DNA of 64,000 nt from an uncultured virus (IMG/VR IMGVR_UViG_3300029319_000027) (IMGVR_UViG_3300029319_000027); one strand, 5' to 3'; positions 1-7,340 are shown, counted from the first letter of the stretch. Numbers and translations are program-made. Notes: generated from the letters alone by a model not told the origin.

Positions 1-131
1 GCAAAGAGCTTGTTTTTTATTTGAAGCCACCTATTAGCGACCCAATGAAAGAATATGAAGCCCTGGGCTTCGAAGGTTTGGGCTTTGAGATAAATGACCG
101 AATAGAAATATATTTATCAAAAAAGATGTAA
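1..131 (+). CDS. 3' end of a hypothetical gene entering the window
   Basis: Frame starting at base 3 is open (KELVFYLKPP...YLSKKM) to TAA at 129-131. Confidence 0.35.
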   Translation, partial: KELVFYLKPPISDPMKEYEALGFEGLGFEINDRIEIYLSKKM

Positions 132-158
132 CCTTTTTCTCTCATGAGAGTCTAAGTA
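127..158 (+). promoter_or_regulatory. ECF-like promoter copy 1 (TGTAAC-N17-GTCTAA)
   Basis: TGTAAC 127-132, GTCTAA 150-155; upstream of ORF 181; five more copies with identical spacing. Confidence 0.8.
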
Positions 159-180
159 TTGAGGCGAAAGAAAGGATATT

Positions 181-597
181 ATGTCAACTAGAAGTTTACA
201 TAATTTTTACAATGATATCGAAAGCTTTGAGGAAGGCAAACCTGTGGCTACTATTTACAGACATTGGGATGGCTATCCATCAGGGGCAGGAGTAGATATC
301 CTTAACTTTATAGAAGCATGTAAGGAATTACCTGACAGCCGAAGCCATGACGCAAGTTATTATTCGGCTAAGTATGTGGTATTTCTTTCTGTTCTATTTG
401 GTAGTAGTGAGCATTACACTGACAACCCTTTAGACTTTCTCAGCGTTGGAATTCAACAGCCTGAGAAGTTAGAAGATAGTTGGTGCGAGTATCAGTACGA
501 TTTTATCTGTGATGGTAACCCTACAGTATATGTAACAGGTTACGATTTGGATAAGGTCAAGTTAGAAGATTTGGAAAAAATCGGAGCTTTAAGTTAG
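181..597 (+). CDS. Conserved phage hypothetical protein (MSTRS...IYRHWDGYP type)
   Basis: ORF with AAAGGA RBS; the YxHxDGYP motif is common in small early phage proteins. Confidence 0.75.
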   Translation: MSTRSLHNFYNDIESFEEGKPVATIYRHWDGYPSGAGVDILNFIEACKELPDSRSHDASYYSAKYVVFLSVLFGSSEHYTDNPLDFLSVGIQQPEKLEDSWCEYQYDFICDGNPTVYVTGYDLDKVKLEDLEKIGALS

Positions 598-602
598 TGA
601 AA

Positions 603-618
603 TGGGGCGAAAGCCCCA
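603..618 (+). terminator. GC-rich GNRA hairpin after ORF 181-597
   Basis: TGGGGC-GAAA-GCCCCA; only a weak U-tract follows. Confidence 0.5.
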
Positions 619-667
619 CTAACTTTATGCCTGGACTTTTTAAGATCATATAATGAGCTGCCTGTGT

Positions 668-928
668 ATTAGGAAGCTTGTAGCATATTGGTTATGTCTA
701 CTTTGTAGTCAAGATTAAAGTTACGCCTGTATGTTACAAGGTTTCTAATGTTAGGAAGCTTGTAGCACATTAGCAGACCAAACCCATGGGTAATGCTATT
801 AACAGTAGTGGTATAGCCGTAGTGTGTTACAAGGTTTCTAATAAAGGATGAGCGAGGGGAAATTTGAACTTACTGAACCTTGCCTGGTACGAAAGTATTT
901 TGTACATCCAAGTTCTGTTAGAAACTTT
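668..928 (+). ncRNA. Candidate structured ncRNA: two tandem hairpins with near-identical stems plus a pseudoknotted junction
   Basis: TTAGGAAGCTTGTAGCA at 669 and 751 pairs with TGTTACAAGGTTTCTAA at 732 and 825; G-U pairs and a compensatory change between copies; no ORF. Confidence 0.65.
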
Positions 929-939
929 TTTAAAAACTA

Positions 940-971
940 TGTAACCCTTTCCCCAGGAGAGAGTCTAAATA
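940..971 (+). promoter_or_regulatory. ECF-like promoter copy 2
   Basis: TGTAAC 940-945, GTCTAA 963-968, 17-bp spacer. Confidence 0.8.
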
Positions 972-992
972 GTAACAACATAATAGATTGGA

Positions 993-1244
993 GTGAATAT
1001 GATTGATTATTCTCATAACAGTTCTGATGAACTTGACCACATGATAGGAGTAACTATCAAGGGATGGCAAGAGGTCAAAATTGATTGGGGTCATTCATTT
1101 GTTTTGCTAGAAACAGACAAAAAGTTTGAGGATGGCAAGACAGTTTACTTCTGTTTGTCTCAAGATGCTGAGATGAACGCAGGTGGATATATTGGGTTTG
1201 TTAGCAAAGATTTCATTAAACAATGTGAAGAGGCTAACGCCTAA
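993..1244 (+). CDS. Hypothetical protein
   Basis: ORF behind promoter copy 2; GGAG at 990-993 favours the ATG at 999. Confidence 0.7.
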   Translation: MNMIDYSHNSSDELDHMIGVTIKGWQEVKIDWGHSFVLLETDKKFEDGKTVYFCLSQDAEMNAGGYIGFVSKDFIKQCEEANA

Positions 1245-1263
1245 AAAAAAATCTTAAATTCCC

Positions 1264-1295
1264 TGTAACCTTTTTGGTTATGGGGAGTCTAAGTA
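1264..1295 (+). promoter_or_regulatory. ECF-like promoter copy 3
   Basis: TGTAAC 1264-1269, GTCTAA 1287-1292, 17-bp spacer. Confidence 0.8.
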
Positions 1296-1297
1296 TT

Positions 1298-1545
1298 AAG
1301 GAAGCAAAATGGTTTGCCTTGTGCGAACTCATTTCGATGACATAGGTGCCTCTAAGGAGTTTCGGAACACCTCTGCATACGATACTGATTTCTGACTTTG
1401 AAACATCCAATGGCTCTGTTTCATTGTGCATACAGTCCCTCTATGGCATGTACGCAGTTCGGCTTACGAGGAGAACTACGAAAGTAGACAAGTAATGCAT
1501 TATGCCTTGTTATTGCGATGGGTTTGCAGAGGGCAATTGCCTTCT
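1298..1545 (+). ncRNA. Candidate structured RNA or long 5' leader
   Basis: Begins at the expected start site of promoter copy 3; many hairpins including CTAC-GAAA-GTAG; long-range stem CCTCTGCA (1370) / TGCAGAGG (1525). Confidence 0.5.
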
Positions 1546-1559
1546 GGAGAGGAGTTATC

Positions 1560-1796
1560 ATGCCAGATAACACGCAGGTCTTTTGGGACCCACTCCTAAC
1601 AAAAACCGATACACCTTACGAGGGTGGGTATTTTGTTAGAAATGATCTCAAGGACAGAATACCTTTCATAGAACAAGATGGGCAAAGGAAAGTGGTTGGA
1701 ATTGTTGTAGATTTCGACAGCTTTGACCTAGAGCTTATCACTATGGACCTTACGGGAGAGGATGTTAATGTTGCTCCAATGAAGCGACAAGACTAA
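1560..1796 (+). CDS. Hypothetical protein
   Basis: GAGAGGAG RBS before ATG 1560, in frame with track ORF 1518-1796. Confidence 0.7.
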   Translation: MPDNTQVFWDPLLTKTDTPYEGGYFVRNDLKDRIPFIEQDGQRKVVGIVVDFDSFDLELITMDLTGEDVNVAPMKRQD

Positions 1797-1802
1797 GGTT
1801 TA

Positions 1803-1844
1803 AGTTGGCTTACCAGGTTTTTTGGTTTCCCTGGTAAGTCAATT
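1803..1844 (+). terminator. Hairpin after ORF 1560-1796
   Basis: AGTTGGCTTACCAGG pairs with CCTGGTAAGTCAATT. Confidence 0.45.
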
Positions 1845-1933
1845 CCCCGGACTTTTTGAAACTATCTAATGCACTCCTGGTCAATCGACCAGATCATAAC
1901 CAGATCATAAATCCAAAAAAAAATAATTTTTTA

Positions 1934-1965
1934 TGTAACCTTTTTCTATCTGAACAGTCTAAATA
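1934..1965 (+). promoter_or_regulatory. ECF-like promoter copy 4
   Basis: TGTAAC 1934-1939, GTCTAA 1957-1962, 17-bp spacer. Confidence 0.8.
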
Positions 1966-1987
1966 GTATCGGCTAAAAAGGAGAAAA

Positions 1988-2251
1988 ATGAATTTAAAAG
2001 TTCGTTTGTCTATTGTGCTATTTAGACACTTTAAAGGCTCTAGCGTTTTAACCAATATGGCATTTATGCCATGGAAAGATGAAAATCTTGTAGTGAGGTT
2101 CACATCTGGGGCGTTATATGGCTATAAAGGTGTAAAGTTTCGAGACTTTATCAAAATAGCACTAAGCCCAATTTTTAATGGAAGTGCAGGGAGTTTATTC
2201 AATGCACTGATTAAAAAGGGTGGCTACGATTATAAAAGACTAGAGATTTAA
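1988..2251 (+). CDS. KTSC-domain protein
   Basis: SSVL...LVVRFTSGALYGYKGV...SAGSLFN matches the KTSC pattern; AAGGAG RBS. Confidence 0.75.
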   Translation: MNLKVRLSIVLFRHFKGSSVLTNMAFMPWKDENLVVRFTSGALYGYKGVKFRDFIKIALSPIFNGSAGSLFNALIKKGGYDYKRLEI

Positions 2252-2270
2252 TTCTCTAGTCTTTTTTTTT
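2234..2270 (+). terminator. Intrinsic terminator
   Basis: GACTAGAGA / TCTCTAGTC stem followed by T9. Confidence 0.8.
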
Positions 2271-2288
2271 GAAAAGAAAGGAGTTCGC

Positions 2289-2456
2289 ATGAGTGAACCA
2301 TTTTTGTATGGCACCAGGCTTTATGACTTTCTCGACTTTTCACAAAATGGGGTTGTTAATACACTCGATTTTATTTTGTGGTGGTGTTGGGGAGTTATTG
2401 CTGTGGTGTTCTATAAGACAGTAATAAAAAAGGTTGTAACCTTTTTGAATAATTGA
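2289..2456 (+). CDS. Small membrane protein (55 aa, below the ORF-track cutoff)
   Basis: AAGGAG RBS; MSEPFLYG...FILWWCWGVIAVVFY hydrophobic segment. Confidence 0.55.
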   Translation: MSEPFLYGTRLYDFLDFSQNGVVNTLDFILWWCWGVIAVVFYKTVIKKVVTFLNN

Positions 2457-2466
2457 AGTCTAAATA
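2435..2466 (+). promoter_or_regulatory. ECF-like promoter copy 5
   Basis: TGTAAC 2435-2440, GTCTAA 2458-2463, 17-bp spacer. Confidence 0.8.
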
Positions 2467-2551
2467 ATGAAGGGGGTTAATTGATGTTATTGACATTAAT
2501 TGCTTATATTCTTTCTGATATTAAGGAAGAAAAAGAAGAAGAGGAGACTAT

Positions 2552-2869
2552 ATGAAACTAATGACCAAAGAGCTTGAGAAAGCTCTCCCACCTATCAGCA
2601 GTACTGATGGGCAGGGTGGAGATGCGATCATTCATGCCAAATTCTTTGACCCTACAGGGTCTTGGACCTGGTATGCGACAGAGTACGACCCAGAAGAAAA
2701 AATATTTTTTGGGTTGGTTCATGGTTGGGATGAAGAACTCGGCTATTTCGGTTTAGATGAACTCGAAAGCGTAGAGTTACCATTCGGCTTGGGGATAGAG
2801 AGAGACAAATCCTGGAAAGCTAAACCATTAAGAGAAGTTATTACAAATAAAGCTTACATTGGCGAATAG
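2552..2869 (+). CDS. DUF2958-family protein
   Basis: KFFDPTGSWTWYATE...FFGLV...ELGYF...LE...GLGIERD signature. Confidence 0.85.
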   Translation: MKLMTKELEKALPPISSTDGQGGDAIIHAKFFDPTGSWTWYATEYDPEEKIFFGLVHGWDEELGYFGLDELESVELPFGLGIERDKSWKAKPLREVITNKAYIGE

Positions 2870-2883
2870 CCCTTGTATATGGG

Positions 2884-2919
2884 AAAAAGAGGAGAGGGAA
2901 ACCTTTCCTCTTTTTTTTT
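2884..2919 (+). terminator. Intrinsic terminator
   Basis: GAGGAGAGG / CCTTTCCTC stem followed by T9. Confidence 0.8.
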
Positions 2920-3093
2920 GTCTGGACTTTTTAGATCATATCAATGGACCTGGACTTTTTTAAAAAAATCATTCGGACCTGGAATTTCACAAGCGATCTT
3001 GTTTGTGAAAATATTTTCACAAGTTTGCGAGTTTGTGCAAGTTTTTCAAATTTGCGATTTAAGAGGGGTTTTTCTCATTCGGCTACATTACCC

Positions 3094-3233
3094 CACAGAC
3101 ACAAAAACACACGCTTAAAAGGGCTTGAAATGGCTTGTTTCAAACAGGCTATTTAGAGCCGATTTAAAGGCTAGTTTCTCTCTTTATGGTATAGACACAC
3201 ACAGACACACAACCCCACGCTTAAAATGGCTTA
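3094..3233. repeat. Imperfect ~33-bp direct repeat, 2 copies
   Basis: CACAGACACA...CACGCTTAAAA.GGCTT at 3094 and 3200. Confidence 0.6.
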
Positions 3234-3426
3234 TTCCTGGAATTTCATATTTTATAGGTTTTCTGCTTTTTTGTGTCTTTTTTTTTCTTTTTGTGTTGCA
3301 TATACTTTTAAAAGTGCTATCGTTAAATTATCGGTTGAATTATAAACGATGTTATGGAGATAAAAATCCAAAATTCAACTTTAGGCTTTTTGACAATCTA
3401 GAACTGAACTCAAGAAAGGGGATAAC

Positions 3427-3804
3427 ATGCCAATGTTAACCGATTACTTAAGCGAGGAATACTGCAAGGCTTATATCAAAGCATTTGATAGAGGGGCAGT
3501 ATCTGATAAAAAACTATACGACAATTGCAAGGCGTTCATGACCCAACTCAAAGAAAGACAACTCTTTCCTTTGGGTTACAATGGACACACTACAGATGAA
3601 GAAACTGTAGAGGGAGCTGAGCAATACCATAATGCAAGAATTGGAGATAAGAAATTTTTTGCAGATTATGGATGGGCTGAACTTGTAGAAGTTCAAGCAC
3701 CGAAAAAAATAAATGGAAAGTATCGATTTAAATCTGACAAAGTAGATAATCATTTTGTTAAGACTTATCAGATACTAGAGGGGGCTTTAGGTTATGACTG
3801 TTAA
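3427..3804 (+). CDS. Hypothetical protein
   Basis: AAGGGG RBS, 125 aa ORF. Confidence 0.7.
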   Translation: MPMLTDYLSEEYCKAYIKAFDRGAVSDKKLYDNCKAFMTQLKERQLFPLGYNGHTTDEETVEGAEQYHNARIGDKKFFADYGWAELVEVQAPKKINGKYRFKSDKVDNHFVKTYQILEGALGYDC

Positions 3805-3957
3805 CCTAATAGCCCAACTCAAAAAACAAGTAATTATTTTTCTTGTCAACTTTCTAAATTTTGAAGTTTATAGAGATGATGAGACAGAATTACTTTACAT
3901 ATACAAAGAAACCAAAATATAAAATAGAGTTTAGCTAGATTGTCAAAAGCAACAGAG

Positions 3958-3985
3958 AAAGCACCCCAAGGGGTGCTTTTTTTTT
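3958..3985 (+). terminator. Intrinsic terminator
   Basis: AAAGCACCCC-AA-GGGGTGC followed by T9. Confidence 0.8.
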
Positions 3986-4051
3986 GTCCGTGTATGATCT
4001 GGAAAGTTGGACTAGTTCAAGGTCCTAGCTTTAAGCTTCAAAAATTCTTTC

Positions 4052-4067
4052 TCGAACATATGTTCGA
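4052..4067. promoter_or_regulatory. LexA (SOS) box, Gram-positive/actinobacterial type
   Basis: Perfect palindrome TCGAAC-ATAT-GTTCGA equals the TCGAAC-N4-GTTCGA consensus. Confidence 0.7.
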
Positions 4068-4306
4068 ACCAGGGGCATGTTAAAAATCGCTAAGGGGGTG
4101 GGGGTATATGTGTTTGGTAAGCAGTGCGTACGATTTTAAGGAATTTTGATTGACATGGCTTCTGTCGGCTTTATGGGGGCACTTTTCCCAAAACTAACCC
4201 TTTTTCACACACTTTCTTACTAGCCTTTTTTAGTTTTTTATATGGATATTTTGAAATAACATGTTCCCATACACTGAAATTAAACATAGTAAAATAGATA
4301 GTAGAT

Positions 4307-4693
4307 ATGGGTAGAAAATTAAAACTAAATGAAGACAAAATAAAAGAATTATCCTCATGGGTACGAGCAGGACATTGGTTGGAGGAAGCTGCACTTTTGA
4401 GTGATATCAGTCCTAGGAGCTTATACTATTGGTACGCTAAAGGCAAGGAAGACATGGATAAGGGAATTGAATCCATATATTCACAGTTTTTGCAGTCCAT
4501 GTTGAAAGCTAAGGCACAATCAGATGCTTTGTTTTTGAGTGTTATTAGGAAGGCAGCTGAAAACGGAGTGTGGCAGGCAGCTACATGGTATTTAGAGAGA
4601 TCAAACCCTAGATTCAATAAAGAGGTACAGAAATTACAACTTGAGGCTGACCTCGATGAACTTGTAGAAGAGATAGTCGTAGACTTCGATTAG
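4307..4693 (+). CDS. Terminase small subunit-like HTH protein
   Basis: MGRKLKLN N-terminus, HTH segment (EEAALLSDISPRSLYYW) and WQAATWYLER motif. Confidence 0.65.
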   Translation: MGRKLKLNEDKIKELSSWVRAGHWLEEAALLSDISPRSLYYWYAKGKEDMDKGIESIYSQFLQSMLKAKAQSDALFLSVIRKAAENGVWQAATWYLERSNPRFNKEVQKLQLEADLDELVEEIVVDFD

Positions 4694-4973
4694 TTACCGG
4701 TTCGCCCAAATATCATAATGGGATTCTGTAATAGTATGTTTCAAAATAAAAATTTTTTTTGACTCCGTCTAAAGAGGTATGTGTATGCATGTGTCCAGGT
4801 ATGTATGTATGTTTAAAAAACAGAAGGGATCAGCATGTGATCCCCCCTGTACCAAAGGAGTGATTATGATTAGTTCCAGGAAGGAAACAAATATAATACT
4901 CTCTTAGTTTATTACGGTATTTATACATTTGCTAGTAAGGAGTGAGGTGTTTTTTAGCGAAGTTTCCATTTTT

Positions 4974-5048
4974 ATACCATATGTAGGGGGTCAATATACG
5001 ATACCCCTAGATATAGTGTTACTATATACTGACCACCATATGTAGTGT
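4974..5048. promoter_or_regulatory. Three tandem NrdR-box-like 16-mers
   Basis: ATACCATATGTAGGGG (4974), CCCCTAGATATAGTGT (5004), CCACCATATGTAGTGT (5033) versus consensus acaCwAtATaTwGtgt. Confidence 0.5.
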
Positions 5049-5151
5049 TATCAAAAACTGTACACCCCCCGTATCAAATATTGAACACCCCCCGTATCGA
5101 AAACTGAACACTAACTATACCTATATAACTATACCTAGTTAACTAAACCTA
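5049..5151. repeat. Candidate replication origin: three 23-bp iteron-like repeats plus three AT-rich 12-mers
   Basis: TATCRAAWAYTGWACACCCCCCG at 5049, 5072 and 5095 (third truncated); TAACTAWACCTA at 5112, 5126, 5140. Confidence 0.65.
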
Positions 5152-5238
5152 ATATAGGGAGAGATATTTATATTTAAGAAGGCAGTAAGGGATGTATGGT
5201 ATACTATGAAAAAGGACGAAAGGAAATATAAGAATTAA

Positions 5239-5503
5239 TACGGGTAGAATACGACCCTTTCTGTATGCCGAGAAACTTCTCGAAAACGGAGCTGGGCAGT
5301 AGAACTGCGAGTAGGTATAAAGTTGATAGTTTGCTTTGTATCTGCAAGAGGGGTGTATTGGCTATTCAATATTCTTCACATGAAGAATAGTCTCCTCGAT
5401 TCATCTGGTATAGAAGGATGGAAAGAAGTGGAGCCTTTTACTATGACGAATAGTAAAGTGTAGAAATACTGAGGCAGGCATATAACTTAGTGTTTTACCC
5501 GTA
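5239..5503 (+). ncRNA. Candidate ~265-nt multi-hairpin ncRNA
   Basis: 14-bp closing stem 5239-5252 / 5490-5503 with two G-U pairs, at least six internal hairpins, possible pseudoknot 5263-5269 / 5477-5483; no ORF. Confidence 0.6.
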
Positions 5504-5508
5504 CCTCC

Positions 5509-5853
5509 TTAGCGTTTACCTCCATCGTAAAATACTGCGTGTCCTTCTTTAACCATAATTTTGTTGATATTACCCTCTTTTGTAAAAAGCTCTCCAAGAA
5601 CACGACCATACTTACCAACACCATGAGATTGCATTTCTATATCTGATCCTGCTGCTTCTAATCTATCAATAAGCCACTGTTTCGCAGCAAGCCCTCGTTT
5701 TTTTTCTTCTTTATCTCTTGTTCGTGATTCAGGAGCATTGATGCCCATAAGTCGTACACGGCATTTATGCCACACATTAAAACCCAAATCCATTCTAACA
5801 TCTACTGTATCCCCATCTACTACCCTAAGTATTTCAACTTTGTAATAGTACAT
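5509..5853 (-). CDS. Thermonuclease (SNase-like)
   Basis: RVVDGDT, RVRLMGINAPE and KYGRVLG motifs. Confidence 0.92.
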   Translation of the reverse strand: MYYYKVEILRVVDGDTVDVRMDLGFNVWHKCRVRLMGINAPESRTRDKEEKKRGLAAKQWLIDRLEAAGSDIEMQSHGVGKYGRVLGELFTKEGNINKIMVKEGHAVFYDGGKR

Positions 5854-5923
5854 ATCATTATTATAGCGTTATACTTTGCGAGATACTTCAAAAGAAGTAT
5901 TAGGTATAAAATACACTATATAT

Positions 5924-5950
5924 AGAAAGGGAGCCGAAGCTCCCTTTTCT
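5924..5950 (-). terminator. UUCG-loop hairpin/terminator
   Basis: Minus strand reads AAAGGGAGC-TTCG-GCTCCCTTT. Confidence 0.6.
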
Positions 5951-6053
5951 ATTCTTTTTGGGTCGCAAGACCTTATCGTTTACGCTTTTTTGGTTTTTTC
6001 TTTTTCTTTGGTTTCATGCTGTGATATGGCATATTTACTCCTTTTTACTAATT

Positions 6054-7055
6054 CTACCTAAAACTATCGGGAATATAATTTGGTTGCGTTTCTCCTGAAA
6101 GTATTTTTACTCGTGCAAAATACTGATAGTTCATAATCTTTTCAAAGTTTCTAGGGTCATCTAAAAAGTCATCTATGTTTTTATCTTTCTTGCGAAGAAA
6201 TCCTTGTAAGTCATTACCAGGTATATATTTCTCTATGTTATCTCTAGTAAGTCTTACATCATAAGGTTCTTTTGTTCCCATATATAAATGTGCTACAACA
6301 GGGTCTTGAAAGATTGGAAACACAAAAGAAAAACCTGCATCATATAAATTTATACTCCAAGGTATTTCTTCATCTTCAAATAAAACCCAATCAGGCAAAT
6401 GTTCGCATATATCATACTCAGTAAAACTAAAGTTACCACTAAATTTTACATTAGGAACTAATTCATCTCCATCAGGATTTGCTTTTGTTATAACAAATGT
6501 AGGTAATCTTTTGTGCCATTTAAACTTAGCTGTTTGTTGGTCTTCATTAGTTGGATCATATTCTTGATAGTATTGGTATCGTATAGTTCTCATATATGGT
6601 TTTGGATGCCAAACTCTTTCTCTGTTAGGACCTAACACATAATATCCTGCATATCCATGCACAATAGGTTTTTGTATATTACGCATTTTGGCTAGTTCAT
6701 ACTTATATATAAGTTTTCTATCCCAATTAGAACCAAACTTTGAATGACCATCAATTAATAAAGCATACTGTTCATCCTCTCGCATGGCATAAGCCCTTTT
6801 TCTTCCTTTAGCTAAACCAACATATTCCCAAAAATTATCATCTGTGTATTTTAAATAATTGACACGAGCGTTTACTATTGGGTTTTCCTTTAACCACTGT
6901 TTCATATCAATCATTGTTTGTTCTTGTATGTATTGAAAATCTATACCAAATACTAAGTTTTGTGGATTTTCTGCTTGTTCTATAGCATCCATAATTGTTG
7001 GATACACTTCAGTGTCATGAAAGCAAGCAAAGTAAATATATATTTTGTTATTCAT
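6054..7055 (-). CDS. GT60-like glycosyltransferase (Skp1-hydroxyproline GlcNAc-transferase, Pfam GlcNAc family)
   Basis: IYIYFACFHDTEVYPTIMDAIEQAENP.NLVFGI, GLAKGR, YALLIDGHSKF..NWD, SGNFSF and FEDEE parallel the ASYRD / IDSH.RF...WD / F.GEE motifs. Confidence 0.75.
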   Translation of the reverse strand: MNNKIYIYFACFHDTEVYPTIMDAIEQAENPQNLVFGIDFQYIQEQTMIDMKQWLKENPIVNARVNYLKYTDDNFWEYVGLAKGRKRAYAMREDEQYALLIDGHSKFGSNWDRKLIYKYELAKMRNIQKPIVHGYAGYYVLGPNRERVWHPKPYMRTIRYQYYQEYDPTNEDQQTAKFKWHKRLPTFVITKANPDGDELVPNVKFSGNFSFTEYDICEHLPDWVLFEDEEIPWSINLYDAGFSFVFPIFQDPVVAHLYMGTKEPYDVRLTRDNIEKYIPGNDLQGFLRKKDKNIDDFLDDPRNFEKIMNYQYFARVKILSGETQPNYIPDSFR

Positions 7056-7211
7056 CTTTTAAGACATATACTGCTAGCAAATCTAAAACACCAAAGACTG
7101 CTGTAACTCCTGCAGTTATGTATGCTTGTTCATACATTGCTGTTCCAAATTCAATAAGATGTGCAAAAGCACCAATAGCAAGTGTATATCTGATATATTG
7201 TCTTAATTTGC

Positions 7212-7340
7212 TCAACAAAATCCTCCCTCACAACAAGCTACTACTTTTTGCTTATATTGTGGACAACTTTCATTATAACAGTACAGACCAGCTTTTATCT
7301 CCAATAACACGGAGTTACATACAGGACAATCGGGGTTCAC
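7212..7340 (-). CDS. Small Cys-rich protein (42 aa)
   Basis: GTG start overlaps the upstream stop; CPVC...CYNESC...CC...C. Confidence 0.5.
   Translation of the reverse strand: MNPDCPVCNSVLLEIKAGLYCYNESCPQYKQKVVACCEGGFC

Noticed and set aside
668..843. CRISPR mini-array with a 36-nt palindromic repeat
   Set aside because: Only one full junction repeat; outer copies are half-arms, spacers are unequal and there are no cas genes. Two closed hairpins fit better.
846..915. Hammerhead or HDV-like ribozyme
   Set aside because: No CUGANGA core and the helix order does not fit HDV topology.
2873..3439. Track ORFs 2873-3118, 2944-3156 and 3125-3439
   Set aside because: They cross a terminator and repeats, have low-complexity Phe-rich translations and no clear RBS.
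3845..3873. Seventh ECF-like promoter (GTCAAC...GTTTAT)
   Set aside because: Mismatches in both boxes and a 15-bp spacer.
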